Positions 27,184-41,500 of a stretch of 64,000 nt of DNA are shown here, piece by piece. The notes beneath the pieces were generated by a model. The model did not search any database. It saw only the letters and a program-made list of their open reading frames with translations, and was not told the DNA's origin. The first letter of the stretch is position 1. Each line of letters opens with the position of its first letter. The position numbers were made by a program, and so were the translations under genes. The stretch comes from Hemiscyllium ocellatum (lineage: Eukaryota), in NCBI RefSeq assembly GCF_020745735.1, contig NC_083449.1, positions 8,654,923 to 8,718,922 on the forward strand, in the 5' to 3' direction.

Positions 27184-27329
27184 AAGTATTTCTGTTGATG
27201 AGTCTTCAGTTTTCTCTAAAGATACCCAATAGGCCTCAAACTGTTTGGTCTAGTGGCTCGGTGACTCTGCCTTAAAATTACTCTTCAAGGACAAAATAAA
27301 CCTCTTAAAGCCATAGTCTCACCACACAG

Positions 27330-30300
27330 TCTCCATCTCTCACTTTGTGCATTGTGAATATGAAAATTCATTTATCAATCTGAACCTGTCCATTCTTGTC
27401 ACATGAACATGTAAATTTTGTCATTAATGTGTCTTTGTCATTGCAATTCAAGCATGTGACTGTTGTTATAAATCTACCATCTCAGTTTCTGTGTGTGAAT
27501 GTGAGTTTAGTTATCAATCTCAGTTTCTGCTTGGTGTAAAAGTGAGTGTCAATATATGGCTGTCAGATTTTGTTCTGTGAACAGTTATCAAACTGTACTT
27601 GTCAGTTAATGTTCTGTGAAATGAGAGTGTTATCAATTTGTTCCTGTCAGTTTCTGCATTGTGAATATGGGACTACACTTATTAATCTTTCTACGACAGT
27701 TACTACTGTGTAAATTGAGACTGCGTTTACCAATCTGTCCATGTCAGTTTCTGATATATGAATGTTATTTTAGTTATCATAATATACCTGAATGATTATT
27801 TTTTATCTCTGCGAATGAGTGTTACCTTCAGTCTCTACCTGACAGTAGTTGAGTTTGATTATTGATATGTAATGCCAGTTTCTGATAGATGAACATTTGA
27901 GCAGTTATTCATCTGTACCTGATACTTTCTGATATCTGAATATGAAAGTGTAGTTATCAACCTGTTCCTGTTGGTATGTGCAATGAAAATAAGAGCGTGT
28001 GTGTCACTTTCTGTCATGTGAACATCTGAGTGTTATGAATCTATCTATGACCATGCCCGCTTGCCCGTTTCTGCAATGCCAACGAGTGAACAAAAGGTAT
28101 CAATGCATGCTTGTCAGTTTCTATTTATCAAAGTGACGTAACTCTCTGGCAGCCACTAATATTCTCTGTGAGAATGTGATTCGTTATGTGATATTTGTTA
28201 TGAGGGTGATTTGAGGCAGATTCGTTACAGTTCTTGAGTATATTGGACAAGAATTCAGATTTTCCAGTTTGAAATTTGTGCAAAATGTCAATGAGCTGTG
28301 AATGGTGACATTTGTTCAGACTGGACACATGTGCATTTGTGTGAGAATAAACAAACAATCATATTTTCTCTGTTGCTTGAGTATCTCTCTTTCTCAAATT
28401 GAGCTCAACGTGTAACTGACACAATCTGCTCTGACTGTGGAAAGGATGTACTTCGAGTCTGATAGCAGTAGCATACCTGGTGTTTGTTTGAAGCAGCTGG
28501 TCACACTTGGCTCTGTACCGAGGGAATATTACATTGTCTTGATCCTTCGAGAATTTGCCTGGAGGAACACAGAAGAGAAATCACCCGTAAATCACCATCA
28601 GTCAAGTTTGACAATCTTTCATTGATCAATGCAACTTTCTGTTATTAGACATTGGGATACTGTTTTTAAAGACAGGAATTCAAACAGAACAACATATCTG
28701 ATTCTGCTCTTGCTCCATGTCTGGCGACTTTTCTTTTTGTTAATTCAATACCAATTGAGTGAGGTCCAGAAACTAACCAATAACTGTATAGCTCTATGAA
28801 TGGGACTATCCAAGGCAAGTGGGGCTGTGAATATGAGATGAGGTTATTGAACTATTCATGTCAATTCCTACTTTGTGAATAACAACCACACTCTCACATT
28901 CTGTTCCTCTAAGTCTTTCTGAAATTACTTATGTATTTACATGGCAGTGACTCACAGGGACAGATTGATATAGAACTATACATCCATTGAAATGACATTG
29001 CACTAAGAGAGGGCCATTTGACCTATCTTGCCCATTCCAACCCAAAGACACCAGATGGCCATTCTAATCCCATCTTTCTTCACCAGCCCATAACCCTGCA
29101 GCTGAGAACTCTGTCTATTTCTGCTACCTGAATGTATTTCTCAAATTAGTCCTGTCAGTCTCTGTTTTGTGGATATGTAAATGTAGCTATCAATTTGTAC
29201 CTGTCAATTTCTTCTGTATAAATATTTGAATGGAATTATCCATCTCTACTTGTAAAAATCAAAATACACCTATTAATATGTATTTGTCAGTCTCTAAAAT
29301 GTGAATCTGTGAGCTTATTGACCAGCCTATCCCTGTCAGTTTCTGCTCTATTAATCTGAGAATATTAGTTATAAAGTGTACCTGTCAGTTTCTGGTTTGT
29401 TAATAGGTGATTGCATTTATCAACATATACCTGTCAGTTTCAGTTGATGTGAATGTGAGAGAGCTGTTGTCAATTTATGCCTGTCAGATTCTGCTATGTG
29501 AATATATTTGTCATTTTTGTGATATGAACAAGTGATTGTCAATCAATGTGTCACTGTCAGTTGTTGCAATGAGAATGTGTGACTGTAGTTATCAATCTGT
29601 CCATGTCACTTTCTGCTATGGGTATACATGCGTGTACTTGTCAATCTGTACTGATCAGTTTCTGCTCTGTATCTGTGGCATATTTATCAATCTATTGCTG
29701 TCTGTCTTTGCAATGTGAAAGTGAATTGATGAACCTTTCCTCATTAGTTTCTGTTCACTGAATCAGAGTTATTAATCTGTAACTGTCACTTATAGTTTAG
29801 TGAATGTGTAAATGCATTTGTCATTCTGTATCCATCACTGTTTTGAGTTTTTCTGAGAGTTTAGTTTTGATCTTTCCCTGTCAGAATGTATGTGAATCTG
29901 TCAATGTAGTTACCAATCCATACCTGTCAGTTTTTCTGGCTGAATGCATGTGTGAAATTGTCAGTCGATCCCTGACCAATTCCGCTGTGAGAATTCGGAA
30001 GCAACTCTTCCTGTCAGTCTCTGCAACATGAATATGGGAGTGTATTTATCAATATTTCCCTGACACTTTCTGCTTAGTGAGACAGTGTTGTGATCAATAT
30101 ATTCTGCCCGATGAATATTTGAGTGTCTTTATCAAATTTTATTTGTCAGAACATTTTCTCTGCATATATGGAAGTTTCATCAATGTGAATATGTGAGCAC
30201 GGGTTTGAATCTATGCCTAGCTGTTTCTGCCAAGTCAATATGAGAGCGCAGTTTTCAATCTCTACCTGTCAGATTCTGTGTGAAATTGACTGTACTTATC

Positions 30301-33300
30301 AAACTGTATCTGAGAGTTTATGTTAAGTGAAAGTGGAAGTGTTGTTATCAAATTGTACCTGTGATTTTCTGTTATGACTAGAAGAGTTTAATTACCAATC
30401 TGTCCCTGTCATTGTCTCCTCCATATATCTGAGGAAGGAATTAAACGATAGCTGCCAGTTTTTGCAATGTGAATAAGAGTGTACATCTCAACCAATATCT
30501 GGCAGTATGAGCTATGAGAATGAGAGTGTTGCTATAGGTCTGCACCATTCAGCTTATGTTTTTTCAACATGTGAGTTTAGTTATCAATCTCTAACAGTCG
30601 GTTTCTGCTTGGTGAATATATTAGTGCATATATCAACCATTCCTTGTCAGTATCTGTGTTGTGAATATGTGAATGAGGTTATCAATTTGTAAACGGGTTA
30701 GTTTCAGACATGTGCATATGGGAATATACCTGTCAGATTCTGCTCTGTGAATATGGTGCAGTTATCAATCTGCCTTTGCTTTGTGAACCTCCAAATATAG
30801 TCATCAATATGGACATGTCAATTTCCACTATATGAATGTGTATGTGTATTTCCCAACCTACCCCTGTGGGTTTCTGCTGTCTGTCTATGAGAGTGTTGAC
30901 ATGAACATGTAGCTGTAAGTTTCTGGGTTTGTAAAGTTCAAATGCCTTTATCAAAATGTATGCCTGTTTCGGTAATGTGAATGTGTGAGTCCAGTTATCA
31001 ATTTACGACTGTAACTTTCTGTTCTGTGAATATGTAAGTGGTGGTTATCATCTGTACCTGTTAGTTTCTGCTACATGAACGAATGAGGGTAGTTGACCAC
31101 CTGTTCCTGTTAGTTTGTGCTGTGAATGTGTCAGTGTAGTTATCAGTCTGCATCTGTCAATTTCTGCTTGGTGAATGAGAGAGAGTAATTCCCAATATGT
31201 ACCTGTGGGATTCTGACCAGTTATTTTTGAGTATCATTATTAAACTGTACATGACAGTGTGAATGTGCAAGTGTAGTAATAAATCTTTACCTGTTTGGTT
31301 ATGCTATGGGAAAAGCCTTGTCAGTTTCTGGTATGTGAGTGTAGTTATCCATCTGTGCCTGTCAGTGTCTGCTATCTGAATGTATGAGTGCAAGTATCAA
31401 TCTGTGTGTCTCAGTTTCTGCTACGTCAAAAAGTGAGTTTAGTTTTTGATCTGTATCTGTCAGTTTCAGATATGTGAATAAATGAATGCAGTAATTAATA
31501 TATCCATGAATATTTCTGCGTGTAAAAATGCAAATATATTCATTGAATCATACCTGTCAATTTCTGCAATGTGAATATTAAAATGTAGTTATCAATCTGT
31601 GACTGTCATGTTCTGTTCTGTGAATATACGAGTGTTGTGATCAATTTGCACCAGTTTCTGCGGTGTGAATATTCTTGTATAATGTAGCACATTATACGGC
31701 ACAGTGGCTGGCTCTGTTGCCTCACAGCATGCGGGACTTGGATTTGCTTCCAGCCTCATACAACTGTCTGTGTGGAGTTTGCACGTTCTCCCAGTGTCTG
31801 TGTGGGTCTCCTCTGGGTGCCCCGGTTTCCTCCCACAGTTCAAAGAAGAGGTTAGGTGAATTGGCCATGCTAAATTGCCCATAGTGTTCAGGGATGTGTC
31901 GGTTAGGTGCATTAGTCAGGGGTAAGCGTAGAGTGATAAGCGAGTGGTTCTGGTTGAGATAACCTTCAGAGGGTCGGTGTGGACTTCCAAGGCTGAAGGT
32001 CCTGTTTCAAAATTGTATGGATTCTAATTCTAACTAAAAGACTATACCTGAAAGTTTCTGCTAGATGAGTTATTAAATATAAATTGATTAGTTATTAATC
32101 TCTCCCCATCAGTTTCTTATTTGACAATGTATGAATGCATTTATCAATCTGAATCTGCCATTCTTTGTAATATGACTGTGTGAGTACAGTTATTGTTCTA
32201 TATGTGGAGACCTAGGAGTGGAGGCTGGGAAACCTGTGGAAATAAATATTGATATCTTGAAAACAGTCCACATGCCAAAAGAGGAGGTGCAAGAGATGTT
32301 AAAAAAAAGGTGTATCAAACACCCAGACCTGATCAAGTATATCCCATGATGTTGTAGGAAGCTGTATTGGTAATTTGAAAAAATGATATTGTTTTCTTAC
32401 TTTTTTTAGAATATCCCACATGGAGGGTCAATCTATCCCTCAGTTATTGCAATATGTGAGACTGTGGTTCTCAAATCTGTACCTGCCAGTTTCTAGTGAA
32501 AATGTTGGTGCTGTTTTCAATCTCAGTTTCTGCAATGTGAATGAGAGTATAATTATCAGTCTCTAGCTATCTGCTTCTCCTACATCCATGTGATTTTAGT
32601 TATCGAGCTGAACCTCTGTTAGTTTCTGCCATATGAATATGTGAGTGTCATCATCAATCTGTCCCAGTCAGTTTCTGCAATGTGAATGGGTGAGAGTAGA
32701 TATCAAGGTGTAACTGTTTCTGCCATGTGAATAGGAGTTGAATGAGAGTGTAGTTGTCAGTTTTTGCTTGTCAAACTGAGTACTGTTATTGATGTAGACT
32801 TGTCAGATTCTGTTGTGTGAAACTGGGAGATTAGTTATCAAAGATTGTCAGTTTATGCAGTATGAAACTGAGTGTTATTATTAATCTGTTCCAGTCAGTT
32901 TCTGCTTTGTGGGTATGATACATTTGTTATCAAACTTTATCTGTCATTAACTACCGCAGTTAGTCACTACAATGTGAATGTCAGGGTGTATTTACTAATT
33001 TGTTCCTATCAGCTTCAGCTCTGTGTATTTAACTGTGCAGTTATTAATCTGTAACTGTCAGTGCCTGCCATGTGAATGTGTGAGTGTATTTATCCTATCA
33101 GTTTCTGTGTTGTGAATGTGTGCATGTCCTTACCAATTTGTTATCTGCCAGTTCTGATCTGTAAATATCATTCTCAATTTCTCCTTGTCGATTTCTGCTA
33201 CATGTGGTACAGTGTGCAGTTAGCAATCCGCACGTACACTTTTTTGCAATGTGAACATCAGAGTATAGTTACTAATCTGACTGTTCTGTGAATGTATAAG

Positions 33301-33430
33301 TACAGTCATCAAACTGTACATGCCAGCTTCTGTTTTATGACTCTGAATTTAGTTATCAATCAATGCCTGTCAATTTCACCCATGTGAATACACAAGTGCA
33401 ATTATCAATCTGTACCTGTTAGTTTCTGCT
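27330..33430 (+). repeat. Degenerate ~49-bp satellite, main tract (interrupted by exon-2 module, SINE, LINE bits)
   Basis: Many diverged units over ~6 kb. Confidence 0.85.
31705..32035 (+). mobile_element. HE1-type SINE (mirror copy 50455-50745-)
   Basis: V-core and (TTCTAA) tail. Confidence 0.82.
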
Positions 33431-35745
33431 CGGTGCATTTGTTTTGTGTCATGGATTGTGTAATGGAAAACTAAAGAATTTTCAAACTCCTATAGTGCAG
33501 ACTCGAACTGGGAGGAATGATATCATGGGCTGTTCTTCAGGATGTCATCAGTTTTTCATCAGTGTGTAGCTAAATAATTTTGTGAATAATGCTGTGAAAT
33601 GGACAGGTGTTACATTCCTTTTATAGTGTCACAAGGAAAGGGAAACAAATAAATTGTATTGCAGCTGACTGACCACAATGTTCCTGCTACAGGAAAGAGA
33701 ATTGGCTAGTTCACTTCATTATTCTATTGTGAGTATTACATAATCCTGCTCTGTGGTGTGACGGTGCAAGCCATTAGCAGTACTCTCCTGATGCTCTATG
33801 GTGCCAATGAGGAAAGCGAAAAGACTTGTATTTTTGTCATACAATGGAAAAGATTTAAACCATTCAGGCAAATTTATTGAACATGGTTGAACTCTTCCTG
33901 CAAAAAAGAATGAGAATTTTCAAAAGACAAGATTTGGCTAAATTCCTTTGTTGAATTAAAAGATAATTATTTGATTATATTGTTAAATTGACGATATGAC
34001 ACTATTTTCTTGCTTTTTTGTAATATTTCACAGGGTGGGACATTTAGGATTCTTTGTAGAAGATTAAAGTGAATTTGGAGACTGAGTTACACATTTTTTA
34101 ATAAGAGTAAATTAATACTGGGCAGTGTGGAAATGTAATTTCTATCCCTGCAAGGTGAATATGTTGAGAATGATGTTGAGATCAAGGTGGGTTGGCTGCT
34201 CCTCTGCTGCCATGACACACTCTTATAAATGGAATGCCAGCTGAATGAGATTAGTTGCTTGTTTTTGCATAAACATTTTGTATATATTCATTTGTCTCCT
34301 GTAGTGTAAATGTGTGTGCGTTGTTGTTAGTCTCTGTATCTTGTGTGTTGATATGGTGAGTGTATTGGGGACTCAGTCTGAATCAGTCAGGACCTTTGCG
34401 TGTGTGTGTTTGTGTGTGTGCGCTCAGGAATTATTCACTACTTGTCACATATGGCTGTTGAAACTATGTAAAAGCATGATGTCATTGTTTATCTCGTTTG
34501 TGACATTTAAAATGCCCTTTTAAAATGTAAACTTGACTTAGACACTAACTGCCTACTTTAGGCAACCAGTCAGCTACAAACATGCTGTGAATGTTCAGGG
34601 CCTATGAATCATATTAATTGAAACTGGGAAGATGTCTATGGAGAATGCAGAGAAAAAAAGAAAATTGTCTTTCCGCAGTTGAATCTGACTGTTTGCTTGT
34701 TTGGATGTATCTCTGGAAATTGAGCCCAAACTAAGTCTGATCCAATCTGCTCCGTACCTGTGGAAAGGATGTTCTCTGCTTTGACAATGGTAACATACCT
34801 GCAGTTTGTTAGAAGCAGCTGGTCTCACTTGGCTTTGTACTGAGGAAATATGACATTGTCTTCGTCATTCAAATATTTGCTTGGTAGAAAACAGAAGATT
34901 TTTCAGCTGTAAATCAACATAAGCCAAGTTAGGGAAGATTAAACTGATCAGGGTGGCAGTCAGTTAATAATCATTAGGGTATTTTTAAACCTAGCAATTC
35001 AAACAGAACCAGATTTCGATTCCACTCTTTCCATCAGTTGCTCCTGGTCTCCTTTCCTTTTATTTGTAACTTTGAGACAATTGGGTGAGATCCAGAACTA
35101 ACATGAATGGGAATTCCTGAAACAGCTGCAATGTTGACATATATCAATAGCAAGCTGCCAATACACTAAGGAATGTTGAAGGAAAGAACAAGGGACGCTA
35201 TGTCTAATGTTTTACTCGAAACTTCAAATCTGATCACTTTAATACGTGACCTTGATAGGATTGTCACACAGTTATGCTCTGTGCTTCCATTATTCACCGC
35301 CCCTTAATAAACAAACAGCGTGAAACAGAAGCCAAACAGAATTCCCATCAATGTTTAGGGGATTAAAAACCACAAGAATGTCCCACAGCAGCTTCTTCCC
35401 GCTCTGCCTCCCTCAGCAGGCCCACACACAGCCCGAGAAAGGCCTCTCTCTTCCCCCCAGCCCGCTCACTCCAAGTTCCGGGACCAGTTCCTGCTCCGCT
35501 CGGCCTCTTACAAACAGCCCCCGGTTCTCCCTGAACTCACCCCGAATCAATCCCGGTCTCGGAGCCCCCTCTGTGTCCCAGGCTCCCATCCCGATGTGCT
35601 GCTGGAAGGAGCCTGCTGTTCCCTCGCTTCCCTGGGCGCTGATCTCTCCATTGCGGTCTGTTTCAAACAAACCTCTTGCACTCACTGAGTAAATGCTCCT
35701 CAATGGCAGCGCTGGGGGAGGGCCTCACGCATGCGCTCTTCTACT
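31735..35745. repeat. Left arm of inverted duplication 2 (pairs with 46560-50745)
   Basis: Continuous reverse-complement similarity. Confidence 0.9.
35360..35745 (-). other. Conserved GC-rich block, copy C (no H4 attached)
   Basis: Near-identical to copy B; GCGCATGCGT 35727-35736; donor 35540-35535. Confidence 0.65.
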
Positions 35746-36574
35746 CAGGGACAGTCAGCGCTGCTTCAGAATGCAGGAATAAATAATTCACATTAAACTG
35801 ACAGTGACAGCAGCAGCGCTAAACTCAGACCCAGTATGGGGGATTCGGATCAAAGCAGAAATATTACTTCCATAAAGGGAGAGATTAAATAAGATACAGT
35901 GTTTTTTCTAGAGGAGAGATAACTGAGGTGGGGTCACATGATTGTGGTGTAAAACATTATGAGGCATATGGACAGGGTGAATAAACAGAAGCTGTTTCCC
36001 TTATTTGAGCGATCAATGACAAGTGGTGATTGGGTTAGGATATGGTAAGGGTAAGGACTCTCACTATAGTGTAGGGTAAGGGGTAACTTTATTGAGGGAA
36101 TTTCAGAAAATTCTTATTCACTCAGCAAGTGATGGAAATCTGGAAATACTGCCTGTGAAAACAGTGGAGGCCAGAAACCTTAACTTAGGAAAAGTATTTG
36201 CATGAGTACTTGAAATGTCATACCATTTAAGGATACGGGACAAGTGCAAGAAATTAGCAAACCTTCAGTGGTAGTTATTTTGGGTGCAGACACGATGCCT
36301 GAAGGGCTTTTCTGTGCTGTATGAGTATATCCATACTCTGTGTATCCATGCTCTGTGTATCTCAGGGTACAGTTATTAATTTGTATCTGTCAGTCTCTGA
36401 TTTATGACTATTTAATTGCATTTATCATATGCCACCTGTCAAGTTTTTTACTGTGTATATATGAGAGTCTAGTAATCAACCTGCAACGTTCAGGTTGCAG
36501 TCATACAGTCTTTGATCCAACTAGTCTATACTGACAGATACCCTAAACTAATCAAATCTCATTTATTAGAATGG

Positions 36575-38960
36575 AGTCATAGAGATGTACAGCATGGAAA
36601 CAGACCCTTCAGTCCAACCCATCCATGCAGACCAGATATCCCAACCCAATCTAGTCCCACCTGCCAGCACCCGGCCCAAATCCCTCCAAACCCTTCCTGT
36701 TCATACACCCATCCAAATGGCTTTTAAATGTTGCAATACCAGCCTCCACCACTTCCTCTGGCAGCTCATTCCATACACGTACCACCCTCTGTGTGAAAAA
36801 GTTGCCCCTTAAGTCTCTTTTATATCTTTCTCCTTTTAACATAAACCTATGCCCTCTAGTTCTGGACTGCCTGATGCTCCATGCCACTCATGATTTTATA
36901 AACCTCAATAAGGTCAACACTCAACCTCTGACGCTCCAAGGAAAACAGCCTCAGCGTGTTCAGCTCAAATCCTCCTTATAGCACAAATCCTCCAACCCTG
37001 ATAACACCCCTGTAAATCTTTTCTGAACCCTTTCAATTTCACAACATCTTTCCGATAGGAAGGAGACCGGAATTGCACGCAATATTCCAACAGTGGCCTA
37101 ACCAATGTCCTGTACAGTCACAAAATGACCTCCTAACTCCTGTACTCAATATCCTGACCAATAAAAGAAAGCATACCAAACGCCTTCTTCACTATCCTAT
37201 TTACCTACGACTCCACTTTCAATGAGCTATGAACCTCATTCCAAGATCTCTTTGTTCAGCAACAGTCCTTAGGACATTACCATTAAGTTTATAAGTCCTG
37301 CTAAGATTTTCTTTCCCAAAATGCAGCACCTCGCATTTATTTGAATTAAACTCCATCTGCCACTTCTCAGCCCATTGGCCCATCTGGTCAAGATCCTACT
37401 GTAATCTGAGGTAACCCTCTTCACTGGCCACTACACCTCTAATTTTGGAATCATCTGCCAACTTACTAACTGTACCTCTTATGCTCACATCCAAATCATT
37501 TATGTAAATGACAAAAAGTAGAGGACCCAGCACCAATGTTTGCGGCACTCCACTGGTCACTGGCCTCCAGTCTGAAAAACAACCCTCCACCACCACCCTC
37601 TGTCTTCTACATTTGAGCCAGTTCTGTATCCAAATGGCTAGTTCTCCCTGTATTCCAAGAGATCTAACCTTGGTAACCAGTTTTCCATGGGGAACCTTGT
37701 TGAATGCCTTACTGAAGTCCATATTGATCATATCTACTGTTCTGCCTTCATTAAACCTCTTTCTTACTTCTTCAAAAAACTCAATCAAGTTTGCAAGATA
37801 TCATTTTCCACACACAAAGCCATGTTGACTATCCCTATTCAATCCTTCCTTTCCAAATACATGTAAATCCAGCCCCCCCAGGATTCCCTCCAGTAACTCG
37901 CCCAACACCGACAATCAGGCTCACTGGTCGATAGTTCCCTGGCTTGTCCTTACCACCTTTCTTAAACAGTGGCACCACGTTAGCCAACCTCCAGTCTTCC
38001 GGCACCTCACCTGTGACTATCAATGATACAAATGTCTCAGCAAGCGGTCCAGCAATCACTTCTCTAGTTTCCCACAGATTTCTAGGTCCTGATCAGGTCC
38101 TGGGGATTTATCCACCTTTTTGCATTTCAAGACATCCAGCACCTCCTCTTCTGTAATATGGGTATTTTTCAAGTTGTCACCATCTATTTCCCTATATTCT
38201 ACATCTTCTGTGTCCTTTTCCATTGTAAATATTGATGCAAAATACTCGATTAGTATCTCCCCCCATCTTAGGCAGCTCCACACAAAGGCCGGCTTGCTGA
38301 TCTTTGAGGGGCCCTATTCTCTCCCTAGTTACCCCTTTGTCTTTAATGTATTTGTAAAAACCCTTTGGATACTCCTGAATTCTATTTGCCAATGCTATCG
38401 CATGTCCCCTCCTGATTTCCCTCTTCAGTATACCCCGACTGCCTTTATACTCTTCTAAGGATTCACTCGATCTAGCCTGTCTATACCTTACATATGCTTC
38501 CTTTTTTTAAACCAAATCTTTAATATCTTTAGTCATCCAGCGTTTCCTATGCCTACCAGCCTTTCCTTTCACCCTAACAAGAATGTACCTTCTCTGGATT
38601 CTAAATTTGGCATGTATCCCTTTAAATCCTTCCTGTTCATTTAACGCTCCGGGCTCCTTTTAAATGTTGTAATTGTTCCCACTTTCATCACTTCCTCTGG
38701 AAGCTCATTCCATATGCACATCACCCTCTGCATGAAAAAGTTGTTCCTCGGGTTATTTTTTAAATCTTTGCCCCCACCCCCACCTTAAATCTATGCCCTC
38801 TATGCTCCATCACTCAAGGAAAAAGGCCTTGGCTTTTCATCAAATCGATGCCCCTCATGATTTTATAAGCAGCTGTAAAAATTACCCCTCAGCTGCCGAT
38901 GCTCGAGGGGGAAAAGCCCCAGCCTATTCAGCCTCTCCCGAATTAAAAAGTATTGCTGGA
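36575..38960 (-). mobile_element. CR1-type LINE ORF2 (RT), degenerate
   Basis: ANVVPLFKKG, MDFSKAFNKVPH, SGVPQ..VLGPLLF, LADDSK motifs across broken ORFs. Confidence 0.92.
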
Positions 38961-40012
38961 TCCTCCTCTGAATAAGGTCCTCTTTCTCAATGCAAACCAT
39001 ACTCTGTTGCTTGCAAATTGGCGGGCTTTTCAAATGGGAAAGTTGTTGATGATTTGGCGCTGGCTTCAGGAGAACGCTCCCTCACTTGTCCCTGCCTCCA
39101 GGGAGCATATTAAACAACAGTGATTTTTTTTTCTTCTTTGCTGCTATTTGCTCAAGTTACTCTCTAATATTTGATTATTCCAGGAGCTGCAAGCCCCTGT
39201 TGGGATGTGAGGCCTGAGTGTCACCACTGGGAAACCAAAGAAGTGCCCTTTTCTTACAGTGTGTAGTTACATTACATACTGATTTTTCTTTTCAATTTCC
39301 AAAACTCCGCGCGGGTTCTGTTGGGCGGGAATGACGATTGAATAATGTAAATGAGGCTTTCTGCTGTCGGCTGGAGGCCTGGAATTGTTCATGTGGAACT
39401 TTTGCACGATATTAAAATAATATCTAAAGGCGGCGTTGGTTATTAATGTGCTCACGGCCAAGAACGGTCATGAAATCTTGACAAGAGGGCATTCGGCCCA
39501 GCGAGTCTGATCCTTCCCTCCGAAGACAACCTCGAACCCTTTAAATAGCTTCTGGACTCATTACCGTAAAGATTGTGTGAATTGTATTTTTATAAACGAA
39601 AAGCAAACTAACAAGTACGAATGCAGTGTTTTCCTGTAAAACTGCCTTCTCTGATCTACATTTCGTCAGGATTTTTTAAATTTGAAAGAAAACGGTTGAT
39701 GATTTAGCGCCATGTTTTCCCGCCTGCTTTCTCAGAAATAATCATATAGTTACAGCTGGTGGGAACACCAAGGGAGACAAGGAAAGGAGAGGAGATTTCA
39801 TCCGGAAGTAATACTCCCCTTCCGAATATATTGTGTAAAGATTACATAACGTTCACTGCCGTGGAAAGCCGTGTGTTCCAACTGACTGCCCCTGGCCAGG
39901 CTAAATTCAAAGTATATGTAATAACAACAGAATTGACTTAGTGCGGCAAGAGCAAATTAATGTCATGCTCTCAGGTCCCCTATCGCTTCCCGCTCTCTCT
40001 GGATGGTTTAGT

Positions 40013-40028
40013 GGCTCTGAAAAGAGCC
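40013..40028 (-). terminator. Histone 3' stem-loop (H3)
   Basis: GGCTCTTTTCAGAGCC; AGAGAGAG HDE. Confidence 0.96.
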
Positions 40029-40080
40029 GTTGTGTTTCTCTCTCTCACGGGGTGAATGTGCAGGGCCGGCCAGGCTCCGT

Positions 40081-40494
<414 letters not shown>

Positions 40495-41448
40495 CTACAA
40501 CTCTCTGTAACACACACAGGCTGCTGCTGTCAATGCTGAGGCTGCTGCGGTGCTGCCTGTTTAAGGGAATGGAGAGCCCGCCCTAGAGCTGGGATTGGAT
40601 ACAGCCCTGTCCCTCAGCCCACAGAGAAACACCTCCGGAAGGGACAGAAAGGGCAGGAAAAGAATTGTTGGAATCTGATTGGTTCAATTGGAATGTCTGT
40701 TGGTCAATTTCAAAATACCCTCCAAATTCACCCTCACAAACCTTGAGATTAAAGTAACCATTAAAACGCAAAACACCATCCGTCTGCAACTAAGATAAAA
40801 TTTAATACTTCGTAGTATTTCTTCAAAACCTAGTTAGTGTCAGCGCAGACAGGAGGCGGGATCATTGCCTGATCTGTCTGTAACAGGCGGGAGGAAAGGC
40901 GGGGTTTAAAACAGCCCAGACAAACTGAACAACCGAACTTGTATCGGCCGTGATTCAATCTAAACAAACCCGCAAATTTTAAAATCTTAAAAGCTAATGC
41001 AGTGTCCACCGATAAAAGGACAGAATCTCACTTTATCTGTTAATTTTATTACCCCCAGATTGTAATTAGCCCGAAGACAATGTGGAATTGCTGCCTGAAC
41101 TGTCTGTAACAGGCAGATGGAAGGAACACGCCATGAAAACATGCGCAGCGTCCCAGAATCAAAACTGAACAAAGTAACATTCCTGAACGGGTCAGTGAAA
41201 TACAAACACTACAATATGTCACACTCGTGACTCGGTAGGATTATAAATAGCGAAGTGAAATAACCAAGTGGAGATCTATAAACCTTTCCTACGTGATACC
41301 TTCCCCATTCATAGGTCTCCGCTTTCGTAAGTGGTGTGAGTGTTTATTTGATTTATTCAGATCAATTAATAACTGAGGTAGGTCTGCGCTCGGCGCTGGG
41401 ACGGGGAACATTGGATCCGGGCTCAGCTCTTCCCTGAGACAAGTGGGT

Positions 41449-41464
41449 GGCTCTGATAAGAGCC
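41449..41464 (-). terminator. Histone 3' stem-loop (H1), loop UAUC
   Basis: GGCTCTTATCAGAGCC-ACCCA; GGAAGAGCTG HDE. Confidence 0.95.
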
Positions 41465-41500
41465 TTTGGGTTCAGATGGTTAAATGTTACACTGACTGGT

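Noticed and set aside
27330-33430. CRISPR array or C2H2 zinc-finger array interpretation of the periodic repeat
   Set aside because: Eukaryotic context; no invariant repeat with unique spacers; period ~49 bp is not 84 bp and frames are full of stops
39200-39215. 7SK-like 5' end (GGATGTGAGG)
   Set aside because: Only ~10 nt match; no further similarity or Pol III promoter seen
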